NCBI GenBank assembly: GCA_965277715.1
Contig: OZ255836.1
Coordinates: 4,192,001-4,256,000, forward strand
Direction of reading: 5' to 3'
Source of the DNA: Gammaproteobacteria bacterium
Lineage (GTDB): Bacteria > Pseudomonadota > Gammaproteobacteria > JBCCGL01
DNA length: 64,000 bases
Positions 1 to 10,903 of the stretch are shown here, one piece after another. Each line of letters begins with the position of its first letter. The first letter of the stretch is position 1. The translations under genes and the position numbers were made by a program. A model generated the notes under the pieces. That model searched no databases. It saw nothing but the letters and a program-made list of their open reading frames with translations, and was not told where the DNA came from.

Positions 1-62
1 GCATCGACCTCTCCGACAGAGACATCGTCACCGCCGCGATGCGGGAGCCTGGCAGTGCTTGA
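1..62 (+). CDS. murE: 3' end of UDP-MurNAc-tripeptide synthetase (partial)
   Basis: Frame from nt 3 reads [19 protein letters not shown], resembling the MurE C-terminal 'SDRE' motif; overlaps the murF start; canonical dcw order. Confidence 0.7.
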   Translation, partial: IDLSDRDIVTAAMREPGSA

Positions 63-1434
63 CCTCGACCTACAAACCTGCGCCAGTGCCATGCCCCCTG
101 AACTGGATGCACAACTGATCGGCGATAATGTGACATTTACCAGCGTCAGCACCGATACGCGCACCCTGCAAGCGGGCCAACTACTGGTCGCGCTACAGGG
201 TGAGCGCTTTGACGCGCACGACAAAATCGATGCACAGACTGCCAAAACAGCCAGTGCGCTGGTGGTGGGCAAACGCCTGCCACACGCTGTGCCGCAATTG
301 CTGGTTAACGACACACTGCGCGCACTCGGGGATATTGCCAGCCAGTGGCGGCAGCGCTTAAAGACAACCGTGATTGCCATCACCGGTAGCAACGGCAAGA
401 CCACAACCAAAGAAATGACCGCGTCGATACTGCGCCAATGCGGCGCTGTGTTCGCCACGCGGGGCAACCTGAATAACGCCATCGGTATGCCGCTATCGTT
501 GCTGTCTATCGACACGCAGGATGATTTTGCCGTGCTTGAACTCGGTGCCAGCCACCGGGGTGAGATCGATTACCTGGCCGCGATTGCACAGCCGCAGGTG
601 GCACTGGTAAACAACGCCGGGCCGTCACACCTGGAAGGCTTTGGTTCACTGGACGGCGTGGCGAGTGCCAAAGGCGAGATTTATGCACACCTGCCCGCTG
701 ACGGTATCGCTATTGTCAATGTCGACGACCACTACGCCCAACAGTGGCGTGACTGTGCGGGTGACCGAACAGTAATGGGGTTTGGTTTCGCCGAAACCGC
801 TGATGTGCGCGGCTCGATCAATGCCAATAACGACTTGCGTATTGATTACCAGGGCGCCTCTACCACCCTCACACTCCCCCTGCCGGGGCGGCATAATGCG
901 ATGAATGCATTGGCCGCCGCCGCCGCCGCCATCGCAGTGGGCGCCTCATTGGCAGATATCGCCACTGGCCTCGCCACGGTTGAGCCCAGCAGTGGCCGAC
1001 TCGAATTCAAACCCGGTATTGGCGGCGTACAGCTCATTGACGACACCTATAACGCCAACCCTGGCTCACTGGGCGCCGGTCTCAGTGTGCTGTGTGATAA
1101 CGCCCAGGCGGGCACCTGGTGTGTGTTGGGGGATATGCGCGAGCTGGGAGAGGACAGCGCCACCCTGCACCGTGAAATGGGGGCGAGCGCCAGGCAAACA
1201 GGTGTCGGCCAACTGTTGGCGATAGGTGAATTTGCCGCTGAAACTGTCAGTGGGTTTGGGCCGGGTGGTCGCCTGTTTGACTCACTTGATGCCTTATTAC
1301 ACTACCTGAAAACACAACTGCAAGCCGGTGATAGAGTCCTGGTAAAAGGCTCGCGGGGTGCACGCATGGAGCGTGTTGTCGCGGCACTCGTTGAAAATAA
1401 TAACAATAATAATCAACCTGCGGGGCAACCCTGA
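55..1434 (+). CDS. murF: UDP-MurNAc-tripeptide--D-Ala-D-Ala ligase
   Basis: [28 protein letters not shown] and VLVKGSRG motifs; dcw context. Confidence 0.96.
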   Translation: MLDLDLQTCASAMPPELDAQLIGDNVTFTSVSTDTRTLQAGQLLVALQGERFDAHDKIDAQTAKTASALVVGKRLPHAVPQLLVNDTLRALGDIASQWRQRLKTTVIAITGSNGKTTTKEMTASILRQCGAVFATRGNLNNAIGMPLSLLSIDTQDDFAVLELGASHRGEIDYLAAIAQPQVALVNNAGPSHLEGFGSLDGVASAKGEIYAHLPADGIAIVNVDDHYAQQWRDCAGDRTVMGFGFAETADVRGSINANNDLRIDYQGASTTLTLPLPGRHNAMNALAAAAAAIAVGASLADIATGLATVEPSSGRLEFKPGIGGVQLIDDTYNANPGSLGAGLSVLCDNAQAGTWCVLGDMRELGEDSATLHREMGASARQTGVGQLLAIGEFAAETVSGFGPGGRLFDSLDALLHYLKTQLQAGDRVLVKGSRGARMERVVAALVENNNNNNQPAGQP

Positions 1435-1436
1435 CA

Positions 1437-2519
1437 ATGTTACTGTGGCTGTTTGACTACCTCACCCTGATTGACGACGGCTTTGCCGTGTTTCGCTACC
1501 TCACCCTGCGTGGCGTACTCAGTGCGCTGACCGCGCTGGTGATCTCACTGCTGATCGGCCCGTGGCTAATCCGCAAACTGAACCAGGCCAATGTCGGTCA
1601 ATCGGTGCGTGATGACGGCCCACAGTCGCACCTGCAAAAACAAGGCACACCGACGATGGGGGGCGCACTGATTCTGGTGGCGGTGGTTATCAGCACCCTG
1701 CTGTGGTCAGACCTCGCTGTACGGCAGGTCTGGGTCGTACTGCTAAGCACCCTCGGCTTTGGCTTGATTGGCTGGGTCGACGATTATAAAAAAGTAGCGC
1801 TGGGCAATGCCAAAGGCCTGTCCGCCGGGAGCAAATACTTCTGGCAATCGGTGTTTGCACTGGCGGCGGCGGCCTATCTGTACGCCTCAGCGACCAACCC
1901 CAGCGAGACCACCCTAATCGTCCCGTTCTTTAAAGATGTCGCCTGGAATATGGGGTGGTTATTTATCCCGTTTGCCTATTTTGTCATTGTCGGTAGCAGC
2001 AATGCGGTCAACCTGACCGACGGCCTCGATGGCCTGGCGATCCTGCCCACCGTGATGGTGGCCGGGGCACTTGGCATTATCGCCTACGTGACGGGCCATG
2101 CTGTGTTCTCCAGCTACCTGGTGATCCCGCACATTGTCGGTGTCGGTGAACTGATTGTTATCTGCGGTGCACTGGCGGGGGCCGGTTTGGGCTTTTTGTG
2201 GTTTAACACCTACCCGGCACAGGTGTTTATGGGGGATGTCGGCGCGCTGGCGCTGGGTGCTGCACTGGGTACGGTCGCTATTGTCGTGCGCCAGGAACTG
2301 GTGTTTTTTGTCATGGCCGGTGTATTTGTTATGGAAACAGTATCGGTGATCTTGCAGGTTGCATCCTTCAAACTAACCGGCAAACGCATTTTTAAAATGG
2401 CGCCCCTACACCACCACTTTGAACTTAAAGGGTGGCCAGAGCCTCGGGTGATTGTGCGCTTCTGGATTATTACCGTGATTCTGGTGCTGGTTGGCCTGTC
2501 CACCCTGAAGATTCGCTGA
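1437..2519 (+). CDS. mraY: Phospho-MurNAc-pentapeptide transferase
   Basis: [25 protein letters not shown] and APLHHHFE motifs. Confidence 0.98.
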   Translation: MLLWLFDYLTLIDDGFAVFRYLTLRGVLSALTALVISLLIGPWLIRKLNQANVGQSVRDDGPQSHLQKQGTPTMGGALILVAVVISTLLWSDLAVRQVWVVLLSTLGFGLIGWVDDYKKVALGNAKGLSAGSKYFWQSVFALAAAAYLYASATNPSETTLIVPFFKDVAWNMGWLFIPFAYFVIVGSSNAVNLTDGLDGLAILPTVMVAGALGIIAYVTGHAVFSSYLVIPHIVGVGELIVICGALAGAGLGFLWFNTYPAQVFMGDVGALALGAALGTVAIVVRQELVFFVMAGVFVMETVSVILQVASFKLTGKRIFKMAPLHHHFELKGWPEPRVIVRFWIITVILVLVGLSTLKIR

Positions 2520-3934
2520 TGACTGGCCTCGACCTTAACAAGCGTTACCTGATTATCGGTGCCGGTGTCACCGGGCAATCGGTGGTGCGCTATTTTCAGC
2601 GCTGTGGCGCCTCGTTTGCGCTGGTCGATTCGCGCCATCCGCTACCGGCATTGGATCAGGCCGTACTGGAAGGGGTCGAGGTATTCAGTGGTAGCTTTAC
2701 GGCCTGCCTGGATACGCAGTTTGATGTGCTGGTGGTCAGCCCTGGCGTGTCGTTGCAAACCCCCGAGATAGTGCAGGCAAGGCAACGCGGCGCCGAGATT
2801 ATTGGCGATATCGAATTGTTCGCACGGGCTGTCAATGCCCGTGCGTATAACAACCCACAGGCGCAGGCACACATCGTTGCCGTCACCGGCGCCAACGGCA
2901 AGAGCACGGTGGTCAGTATGCTCGGTGAAATACTCGCGGCAGCCAATATCAACGTCGCCGTGGGTGGTAACCTCGGCCCGCCCGCGCTGGATTTGCTCGA
3001 TACGGATCAGCCATCGACGGGGCAACCGGGTGATGAGTCCAGTGGGCAAATGCCGGTTGCGGTCTATGTACTCGAACTGTCGAGCTTTCAACTGGAAACA
3101 ACGTATTCACTGCAAGTGGCCGTCGCCAGCGTCTTGAACATCAGTGAAGACCATATGGATCGCTATACCACGCTGGATGAATACGCCCGTGTGAAGCGGC
3201 AAATTTATCGGCATGCGCAGTGCTGTGTGTACAACGCAGAAGACCCGCTGACCTGGCCCGACATGGATAAAAACAGCCTTGCGTTTGCGCGCAATGACCA
3301 GCATGGCGCGGCTTTTTTTATTGCAGGCAGTGCGCTGATGCACGGTGACCGTGAAGTGATGTCGGCAGACACACTCGGCGTGCCGGGTGGGCACAACGCG
3401 ATCAACGCCCTCACCGCAATAGCGCTGAGCAGTGCCCTGGTCGCTAACCAGATAACCAACCTGGCAGTAGCGGACACAGCGATACGCACGGGCTTACAGC
3501 GCTTCACCGGCCTGCCGCACCGCACCGAGCTGATCGCCGAAAAAGATGGCGTGGGCTGGTACAACGACTCCAAAGGCACCAATGTCGGCGCAACCCTGGC
3601 GGCGATTACGGGCATGTCGCGCCCCGTGGTGTTGATTGCCGGGGGTGACGGTAAGGGCGCAGACTTTTCGCCACTGGCAGAAGTTGCCGAAAAACACCTG
3701 CGCGCCGCCGTACTGATTGGCCGGGACGGGCCACTTATCGAACAGCAGTTACACGGCAAAACACCTGTCTACCACGCAGCGGACATGCACGCGGCGGTCG
3801 GCTGCGCCCGGCAAATTGCCAATACAGGTGACAATGTACTGCTGTCACCTGCCTGTGCCAGTTTTGATATGTACCGCAATTACACCGCGCGTGGCGATGC
3901 GTTTGTCGCGGCGGTAAAGCAGGTGCTGGCATGA
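2519..3934 (+). CDS. murD: UDP-MurNAc-L-Ala--D-Glu ligase
   Basis: VTGANGKSTV, ELSSFQLE, NDSKGTN and LSPACASFD motifs; ATG at 2519 overlaps the mraY TGA. Confidence 0.96.
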   Translation: MTGLDLNKRYLIIGAGVTGQSVVRYFQRCGASFALVDSRHPLPALDQAVLEGVEVFSGSFTACLDTQFDVLVVSPGVSLQTPEIVQARQRGAEIIGDIELFARAVNARAYNNPQAQAHIVAVTGANGKSTVVSMLGEILAAANINVAVGGNLGPPALDLLDTDQPSTGQPGDESSGQMPVAVYVLELSSFQLETTYSLQVAVASVLNISEDHMDRYTTLDEYARVKRQIYRHAQCCVYNAEDPLTWPDMDKNSLAFARNDQHGAAFFIAGSALMHGDREVMSADTLGVPGGHNAINALTAIALSSALVANQITNLAVADTAIRTGLQRFTGLPHRTELIAEKDGVGWYNDSKGTNVGATLAAITGMSRPVVLIAGGDGKGADFSPLAEVAEKHLRAAVLIGRDGPLIEQQLHGKTPVYHAADMHAAVGCARQIANTGDNVLLSPACASFDMYRNYTARGDAFVAAVKQVLA

Positions 3935-5136
3935 CGTTACTGTTTGCCGACCGCGCAGTGACGCGAGCGCCATCAGGCAGCGTCCCGACAATCGATTGGC
4001 CGCTGTTATTGATTGTCACCACACTGACGCTATTGGGCTTATTGATGGTGATGTCCGCGTCGCTGTCGATTGCCGAGCGGGCCCACCAGGATGGGTTTTT
4101 CTACTTCAAACGGCAGTTGTTGTTTATCTGCATTGCCGTGCTGTCTGGCTGGGTTTTGTTCCAGATAAAAATGGCCAACTGGCAACGCTTTAGTGGCGTC
4201 CTGCTGTTGATTGCGCTGCTGCTGGCCGTTGCCGTATTAGTGCCGGGCATCGGCAAAACCGTCAACGGTAGCAGCCGTTGGCTGAGCACCGGCGTGTTCA
4301 ATTTTCAGGTGTCGGAAGCTGTCAAATTTCTCACCCTAATCTATATCGCCGGTTACCTGGTGCGCCGCAGTGAAGAGCTGCGCTCGACCTGGTTTGGTTT
4401 TTTTAAACCCATCGCGGTGCTGTGCGTGATCGCCGTGCTATTGATGCTGGAGCCGGATTTTGGCGCCACAGTGGTGATTATGGCCAGCGCTATGGGGGTA
4501 ATGTTTTTGGGCGGAGTGCGCTTTGGCCAGTTCTTCGTACTGATTGTGTTGTTTACCGGCTCAGTGGTGGCACTGGCCATCACCTCACCCTACCGCTTAC
4601 AGCGCATCACCAGTTTTCTCAACCCCTGGGAAGATCCCTACAACAGCGGTTTTCAGTTAACCCAATCGCTGATCGCCATCGGCAGTGGTGCCTGGACAGG
4701 CCTGGGTCTGGGGGGCAGCGTGCAAAAACTGTTCTACCTGCCCGAGGCGCATACCGACTTTCTCTTCGCCGTACTGGCCGAGGAACTGGGCCTGGTGGGG
4801 TCACTGCTGGTGATTGCACTGTATGCGGCGTTCGTGTTTCGCGCCTTTGCCATCGCCGGGCGTGCGCAGCGCGTTGGCAACCCGTTTGCCACCTACGTCG
4901 CGCTCGGTTTTGGCCTGTGGCTGACAATACAGTCGTTTATCAATATAGGGGTCAACATGGGCATTTTACCGACCAAAGGGTTGACCCTGCCACTGATGAG
5001 CTACGGTGGCAGCAGCCTGTTGATGACGGCGGCAGTGGTGGCGATATTACTGCGTATTGCCCACGAGACAGCACTGGCTGAAACCCAGGCACTGCGCCGT
5101 AATAAGCGCAAAAAGCCTGAGAGGGAGACACAATGA
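3931..5136 (+). CDS. ftsW: SEDS peptidoglycan polymerase FtsW
   Basis: EPDFG, LPEAHTDF, KGLTLPLMSYGGSS; about 10 TM segments; lies between murD and murG. Confidence 0.96.
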   Translation: MTLLFADRAVTRAPSGSVPTIDWPLLLIVTTLTLLGLLMVMSASLSIAERAHQDGFFYFKRQLLFICIAVLSGWVLFQIKMANWQRFSGVLLLIALLLAVAVLVPGIGKTVNGSSRWLSTGVFNFQVSEAVKFLTLIYIAGYLVRRSEELRSTWFGFFKPIAVLCVIAVLLMLEPDFGATVVIMASAMGVMFLGGVRFGQFFVLIVLFTGSVVALAITSPYRLQRITSFLNPWEDPYNSGFQLTQSLIAIGSGAWTGLGLGGSVQKLFYLPEAHTDFLFAVLAEELGLVGSLLVIALYAAFVFRAFAIAGRAQRVGNPFATYVALGFGLWLTIQSFINIGVNMGILPTKGLTLPLMSYGGSSLLMTAAVVAILLRIAHETALAETQALRRNKRKKPERETQ

Positions 5137-6209
5137 GCCCGGCTGAACGGCCAGTAATGATCGCGGCGGGCGGCACCGGTGGGCACGTTATCCCCGCTCT
5201 GGAAGTGGCGCGGGTGCTGCGTGAACGCGGTGTGCCGGTGGTGTGGATGGGGACCCGTCGCGGCCTGGAGGCACGCCTGGTGCCCGCCGCCAATATCACT
5301 ATCGAGTGGGTCACTATCGAAGGGCTGCGTGGTAAGGGTGTGCTGTCACTGCTGTGCGCCCCGCTGCGCCTGCTGCGCGCCTGCCTGCAAGTGTGGCGGA
5401 TTTTGTATCGCAGGCAGCCGCGTGCGGTATTGGGCATGGGTGGGTTTGTCGCTGGTCCCAGCGGCCTGATGGCCTGGCTGACAGGGCGCCCACTGGTACT
5501 GCACGAACAAAATGCCATCGCCGGGATGACGAATAAATTACTCCGGCCACTCGCTAAACGGGTATTGCAGGCGATACCGGGCACCTTTGCCGCGCCCGCC
5601 GAAACGGTTGGCAACCCGGTGCGCCAGGCCATGTGTACCCAGCCGCTGCCCGCTGAGCGGCTGCGCAGTGGGGAAGAGGCGTTACACTTGCTGGTCGTGG
5701 GCGGTAGCCAGGGGGCGATGGCATTAAACCGTGTGCTGCCCGATGCGGTTGCGCGGCTCGACTGTGCGCTGTCTGTGCGCCATCAGGTGGGGGCGGGGCG
5801 TGCCACCGATACCCGGAGTGCCTATGCGGCGCACAATACCGCCACCGTACAGGTCGACGAATTTATCGACGATATGCCCGCCGCGCTGGCCTGGGCGGAT
5901 GTGGTGGTCTGCCGGAGCGGTGCCATGACAGTCGCCGAGCTGGCGGCGGTAGGCACTGCATCGATTTTAGTGCCGTTCCCACACGCGGTTGACGACCATC
6001 AAACCGCCAATGCACAGGCCTTGCTCACAGCGGGCGCGGCCATTCTATGCCAGGAGCGTGCGCTGAGCGCCGACTGGCTGGCAACACAATTACAAACACT
6101 TGCGCACGACCGCCCGCGCCTGCTGGCGATGGCGGAAAATGCCCGCCAACTGGCACAGCCGGGCGCGGCGCAACGGGTCGCCGACGTGGTATTGGAGGTG
6201 GCGCGATGA
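5133..6209 (+). CDS. murG: Undecaprenyl-PP-MurNAc-pentapeptide GlcNAc transferase
   Basis: GGTGGHV, HEQNA, GNPVR, GGSQGA and DHQTANA motifs. Confidence 0.97.
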   Translation: MSPAERPVMIAAGGTGGHVIPALEVARVLRERGVPVVWMGTRRGLEARLVPAANITIEWVTIEGLRGKGVLSLLCAPLRLLRACLQVWRILYRRQPRAVLGMGGFVAGPSGLMAWLTGRPLVLHEQNAIAGMTNKLLRPLAKRVLQAIPGTFAAPAETVGNPVRQAMCTQPLPAERLRSGEEALHLLVVGGSQGAMALNRVLPDAVARLDCALSVRHQVGAGRATDTRSAYAAHNTATVQVDEFIDDMPAALAWADVVVCRSGAMTVAELAAVGTASILVPFPHAVDDHQTANAQALLTAGAAILCQERALSADWLATQLQTLAHDRPRLLAMAENARQLAQPGAAQRVADVVLEVAR

Positions 6210-7657
6210 GCTTATCGGTAACCGATGGAACCCCCTTTATGCAGCAGCGTATGCGCCGCCTGCACTTTGTCGGTATCGGGGGGGTCGGCATGGGCGGTAT
6301 CGCCGAAGTATTGCTCAACCTGGGCTACCAGGTGAGTGGTTCTGACCAGGCGGCCAACGCGCTCACCGAGCGCCTGCAAACACTGGGCGCCAGCGTGTAC
6401 ATCGGCCACGCGGCGGCGCATGTCGACAATAAAGATGTGCTGGTGGTATCGAGCGCGATCAGCGCCGACAACCCCGAGTTAGTGGCGGCGCGTGAACAGC
6501 GCATTCCGGTGTTGCCGCGTGCGGAAATGCTGGCGGAAATTATGCGCTTTCGACGCGGCATCGCGGTGGCGGGCACGCACGGTAAAACCACCACCACCAG
6601 CCTGGTCGCCAGCGTGCTGGCCGAGGGGGGGCTGGACCCCACGTATGTGATTGGTGGCCGCCTCAACAGCTCGGCCAGCAATGCACGGCTGGGCAGTTCG
6701 CAGTGGCTGGTGGCGGAGGCCGACGAGAGCGACGCCTCGTTTATGTACCTGCAACCGATGATTTCCATTATCACCAACGTCGATGTGGATCACCTGTCGA
6801 CCTATGGCGGAGACTTTGAACGCCTGCGGCAAACCTTTATTGAATTTCTCCACCACCTGCCATTTTATGGCCTCGCCATTGTGTGTACCGATGATGAAGA
6901 AGCGTGCAGCCTGCTGGGCAGCATAACCCGCCCGCTGCTGACCTACGGCATCGACAGCGAGGCGGATGTGCGCGCCAGCAACCTCTGCCAGCGGGAAATG
7001 CAAACGCACTTCGACGTGCGCCTGCCGAATGGGCAGATACTTACCGACATCACACTCAACCTGCCGGGTCGACACAATGTATTAAATGCCCTGGCAGCCA
7101 TTGCCGTGGGCTACGAGCTGGGGGTGAAGGGCTATGTGATGGCGCACGCACTGCACAATTTTGAAGGCATTGGTCGGCGCGTACAGATGTGTGGCCAGTT
7201 GCATTTTGAGGGTGGAGAGGCCACCTTGATCGACGACTATGGCCACCACCCACGGGAAGTGGCGGCAACCCTCAAGGCGATGCGCGATGCCTGGCCGACG
7301 CGGCGCCTGGTGGTGGTTTTTCAACCGCACCGCTATAGCCGCACGCGGGATCTGTTTGAAGACTTTACCCAGGTACTGGTCGAACCGGACGTACTGATTC
7401 TCAGCGAGGTCTACCCCGCCGGGGAGGCGGTTATTGCCAGCGCTGATGGCCGTGCGCTGGCGCGTGCGGTGCGTAATCGCGGCCTGGTCGACCCGATATT
7501 CATCGAAGACATAGAAAAACTGGCCGATACCCTGCGCAGCATTCTGCACGACGGTGACATCGTTTTGACGCTGGGGGCTGGGAATATTGGTGCCGTGGCG
7601 GCGGGCCTGCCGCATATTTTCACGAGCCATGAACAGGCAGCGGAGAACCACCCATGA
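6206..7657 (+). CDS. murC: UDP-MurNAc--L-Ala ligase
   Basis: HFVGIGGVGM, GTHGKTTTT, EADESD and DDYGHHP motifs; ATG at 6206 overlaps the murG stop. Confidence 0.97.
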   Translation: MSLSVTDGTPFMQQRMRRLHFVGIGGVGMGGIAEVLLNLGYQVSGSDQAANALTERLQTLGASVYIGHAAAHVDNKDVLVVSSAISADNPELVAAREQRIPVLPRAEMLAEIMRFRRGIAVAGTHGKTTTTSLVASVLAEGGLDPTYVIGGRLNSSASNARLGSSQWLVAEADESDASFMYLQPMISIITNVDVDHLSTYGGDFERLRQTFIEFLHHLPFYGLAIVCTDDEEACSLLGSITRPLLTYGIDSEADVRASNLCQREMQTHFDVRLPNGQILTDITLNLPGRHNVLNALAAIAVGYELGVKGYVMAHALHNFEGIGRRVQMCGQLHFEGGEATLIDDYGHHPREVAATLKAMRDAWPTRRLVVVFQPHRYSRTRDLFEDFTQVLVEPDVLILSEVYPAGEAVIASADGRALARAVRNRGLVDPIFIEDIEKLADTLRSILHDGDIVLTLGAGNIGAVAAGLPHIFTSHEQAAENHP

Positions 7658-8679
7658 CATACGCACAGACCCCCACTGCTTCACCCCAGGACTTTGGCCG
7701 GGTGGCCGTCTTTATGGGGGGGTGGTCGGCAGAGCGCGAAGTCTCGTTAAAAAGTGGCCAGCAGGTTTTACAGGGCTTGCTGGCAGCGGGCGTCGATGCG
7801 GTGCCGGTGGATGTCGACCGCGCACAGCTAAAAGCGTTGCGCCGGGAGGATTACGACCGTGTGTTTATGATTCTGCACGGCACGGGCGGTGAAGATGGCG
7901 TGGTACAGGCCCACCTGGAACTGCTCGGTATGCCCTATACCGGCAGCAGTGTCCTTGGCTCTGCACTGGCGATGAGCAAATTGCACAGCAAGCACATCTT
8001 TCGCGGGCTGGGCCTGCCGACCCCTGAGTGGCGGGTTGCCCGCAACCTGGAGGCGTGCCAGGCGGCGTCAGCGGCGTTTGGTTTGCCTGTCGTGATCAAG
8101 CCCGCCAGCGAGGGGTCGAGCATTGGTGTCACGCTGGTGATGCACGCCGAACAACTTGAGAGTGCCTTTCACCAGGCCCGGCAATACGGCGAGGTAATGG
8201 TCGAACAGTTTGTGCATGGCCGCGAGTTGACGGTGGCGGTGCTCGGTGGCCAGCGTTCAGGCCAAGGTTCAGGCCAGCATTCAGGCCAGGGTTGTTTAGG
8301 CCGGAATTCTTCAGGCCACTGTTCAAGCTACCAGGCACTGCCGGTTATCCATATCGAAACCCCCCGCGAATTCTACGACTACGACGCCAAATACCGCGCC
8401 AACAGCACCGCTTACCACTGCCCGGCGGCGCTGCCCGAGGACGTGACCCACACCTGCCAGAAAATGGCGGAGCAAGCCTTTGTGGCCGTCGGTGCCCGCG
8501 ATTGGGGGCGGGTGGATTTTATGTATGGCGATGACGGCCAATTGTGGTTGATCGAGGTCAATACCGCGCCGGGCATGACCGATCACAGCCTGGTGCCGAT
8601 GGCGGCGCGTGAAATCGGCTTGAGCTTTGAGGCGCTGGTGGTGCGCATTCTTCAATGCAGCCTGGAGCGGGACCAATGA
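7654..8679 (+). CDS. ddl: D-Ala--D-Ala ligase with an in-frame repeat insertion
   Basis: SAEREVSLKSG, HGTGGEDG, FYDYDAKY and EVNTAPGMT motifs. Confidence 0.96.
   Translation: MTYAQTPTASPQDFGRVAVFMGGWSAEREVSLKSGQQVLQGLLAAGVDAVPVDVDRAQLKALRREDYDRVFMILHGTGGEDGVVQAHLELLGMPYTGSSVLGSALAMSKLHSKHIFRGLGLPTPEWRVARNLEACQAASAAFGLPVVIKPASEGSSIGVTLVMHAEQLESAFHQARQYGEVMVEQFVHGRELTVAVLGGQRSGQGSGQHSGQGCLGRNSSGHCSSYQALPVIHIETPREFYDYDAKYRANSTAYHCPAALPEDVTHTCQKMAEQAFVAVGARDWGRVDFMYGDDGQLWLIEVNTAPGMTDHSLVPMAAREIGLSFEALVVRILQCSLERDQ
8248..8325 (+). repeat. Degenerate 12-15 bp tandem repeat (about 6 units, consensus GGCCAGxGTTCA) inside ddl
   Basis: Units ggccagcgttca / ggccaaggttca / ggccagcattca / ggccagggttgttta / ggccggaattcttca / ggccactgttca encode GQRSGQGSGQHSGQGCLGRNSSGHCS. 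Confidence 0.85.
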
Positions 8680-9572
8680 GTGTCGGCAGCACCAGTATAG
8701 ACGCCACCAGGCGGGAGCCTGGACGGCGGGTAGCGGCCCAGGCGACGAGACCGACCACCAGGTCGGCAACGGGCCAGGCGGCGAAACGGGCGGCAAGCAC
8801 CTTTAACAAAGGGCGCTTTATCGATCTGTTTAAACGCGCTACGCGTGTGGTGTTAGTGCTGACGGTATTGCTCGGCCTGGCCGTTGTGGGTGCGCGTGTC
8901 TGGCATTATTTTTTATCGCCGCACCATTTTCCGGTCAATACGGTGACGGTGGAGGGCGATTTTCAATACATCGACCGGGCGGCGGTACAAAAGGCCGTGG
9001 TGGGGTATTCAAACCAGGGGTTTTTTGCTATGCAGGTCGATGCGCTTCACGCTGAAATGCTCACCATTTCGTGGGTCGCCAGCGCGGCGATACAGCGCGT
9101 GTGGCCGGACGCCATCAGCCTGATCCTGCGCGAGCACAAACCCATCGCTCGCTGGAATGATAAATCCCTGCTAACCGCGTCCGGTGTGCTTATCACCCCC
9201 CCTCAGCTCAGTAGCGAATCGGCGAATCTGACGGCGTGGCGTGGCCACTTTAAATCGCTGCCGCTGTTGCGCGGGGAGGCGGGTAAATCATCGCTGCTCT
9301 GGCAGCGTTTTGCGCAGGCCAGCAAGGCGTTACACGGCGTCGGTGTGGGGCTGCACGGTATCCAAAACGATCGTCGCAATGCGGTCACCCTGTTTCTGGA
9401 TAACGGTATTTCCGTACGCCTTGGCCGCGACCTTGGTCACGGTTGGTTCGACCGGCATATCAATCGACTGGCCACCGTGTACAGCGCCTATATCGCGCCC
9501 CGATTGGGAGATATTTCTTATGTCGATTTGCGTTATCCCAATGGCTTTGCCATGGGCCTGGCGGGGGGCTAG
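8676..9572 (+). CDS. ftsQ: Cell division protein FtsQ/DivIB
   Basis: Single TM, POTRA-like segment, RVWPD, C-terminal YVDLRYPNGFA; lies between ddl and ftsA. Confidence 0.93.
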   Translation: MSVGSTSIDATRREPGRRVAAQATRPTTRSATGQAAKRAASTFNKGRFIDLFKRATRVVLVLTVLLGLAVVGARVWHYFLSPHHFPVNTVTVEGDFQYIDRAAVQKAVVGYSNQGFFAMQVDALHAEMLTISWVASAAIQRVWPDAISLILREHKPIARWNDKSLLTASGVLITPPQLSSESANLTAWRGHFKSLPLLRGEAGKSSLLWQRFAQASKALHGVGVGLHGIQNDRRNAVTLFLDNGISVRLGRDLGHGWFDRHINRLATVYSAYIAPRLGDISYVDLRYPNGFAMGLAGG

Positions 9573-9574
9573 GT

Positions 9575-10810
9575 ATGTCTAAAGTCAACAACCGGCAGAT
9601 GATTGTAGGCCTGGACATCGGCACCTCCAAAGTGGTGGCGATTGTCGGTGAGATCAGCGAAACCCGCGATATAGAGATTATCGGCATTGGCAGCCACCCG
9701 TCACGCGGCATGAAAAAAGGGGTGGTGGTGAATATCGAATCCACCGTGCAATCGATTCAGCGGGCGGTGGAAGAGGCCGAGCTAATGGCCGGTTGCCAAA
9801 TCAATTCGGTGTATGCGGGGATTGCCGGCAGCCATATCCGCAGCCTCAATTCACACGGCATCGTCGCGATTCGCGAGCGCGAAGTGGTGCAAACTGATGT
9901 CGATCGGGTAATCGACGCGGCCAAGGCCGTGGCGATTCCGGCTGACCAGCGCATTTTGCATGTACTGCCACAAGAGTTTGTCATCGACCAACAGGAGGGC
10001 ATACGCGAGCCGGTCGGCATGTCCGGTGTGCGCCTCGAAGCCAAGGTACACCTGGTGAGTGGTGCCGTCAGCGCGGCGCAGAACATCATCAAGTGTGTGC
10101 AGCGTTGTGGCCTGGAAGTGGATGATGTGATTCTCGAACAACTCGCCTCCAGCTACTCGGTATTGACCGACGATGAAAAAGAACTGGGTATCTGCCTGGT
10201 GGATATCGGTGGTGGCACCACCGATATCGCCATCTTTACCGAGGGCGCGATTCGCCACACAGCGGTAATCCCCATCGCCGGTGACCAGGTGACCAACGAC
10301 ATTGCCGTGGCCCTGCGCACCCCGACGTTGCACGCCGAGGAAATTAAAATCAAATACGCCTGTGCGCTGCGCCAACTGGCCAACCCGGATGAAACCATCG
10401 AAGTCTCGGGCGTGGGTGACCGGCCATCGCGGCGCCTGGCACGGCAGACACTGGCAGAAGTGGTCGAGCCACGCTACGAAGAACTGCTCACCCTGGTTCA
10501 GGTCGAGCTGCGGCGCAGTGGTTTTGAGGATATTTGTGCTGCCGGGGTGGTATTGACCGGCGGCAGTTCAAAAATGGAGGGCGTGGTCGAGCTTGCTGAA
10601 GAAGTATTCCATATGCCGGTGCGCCTGGGCGTGCCGCAGTATGTCAAAGGCCTGGCCGATGTGGTGCGCAACCCGATTCACGCGACTGGGGTGGGCTTAT
10701 TGCTGTTTGGCCTCAAACATGAATCCAGCAACCACCTTTCCGGCAATGACACGGCCAGTTCAATCGGTATTTTCAGGCGAATGAAAGAGTGGTTCCAATC
10801 CAATTTTTGA
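9575..10810 (+). CDS. ftsA: Cell division protein FtsA
   Basis: VGLDIGTSKV, DIGGGTTD and VLTGG motifs; C-terminal amphipathic helix. Confidence 0.98.
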   Translation: MSKVNNRQMIVGLDIGTSKVVAIVGEISETRDIEIIGIGSHPSRGMKKGVVVNIESTVQSIQRAVEEAELMAGCQINSVYAGIAGSHIRSLNSHGIVAIREREVVQTDVDRVIDAAKAVAIPADQRILHVLPQEFVIDQQEGIREPVGMSGVRLEAKVHLVSGAVSAAQNIIKCVQRCGLEVDDVILEQLASSYSVLTDDEKELGICLVDIGGGTTDIAIFTEGAIRHTAVIPIAGDQVTNDIAVALRTPTLHAEEIKIKYACALRQLANPDETIEVSGVGDRPSRRLARQTLAEVVEPRYEELLTLVQVELRRSGFEDICAAGVVLTGGSSKMEGVVELAEEVFHMPVRLGVPQYVKGLADVVRNPIHATGVGLLLFGLKHESSNHLSGNDTASSIGIFRRMKEWFQSNF

Positions 10811-10903
10811 TGTGTTTTTGGTTTAAACGAGCCGGGTCGAAATTGAATCGACGCGATGTAACAGTGGTTAACAATTTTTGAGACATTTTAGGGGAGAAAA
10901 CCT

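Noticed and set aside
7654-7660. Absence of murB between murC and ddl
   Set aside because: murC-ddl adjacency is common in Gammaproteobacteria.
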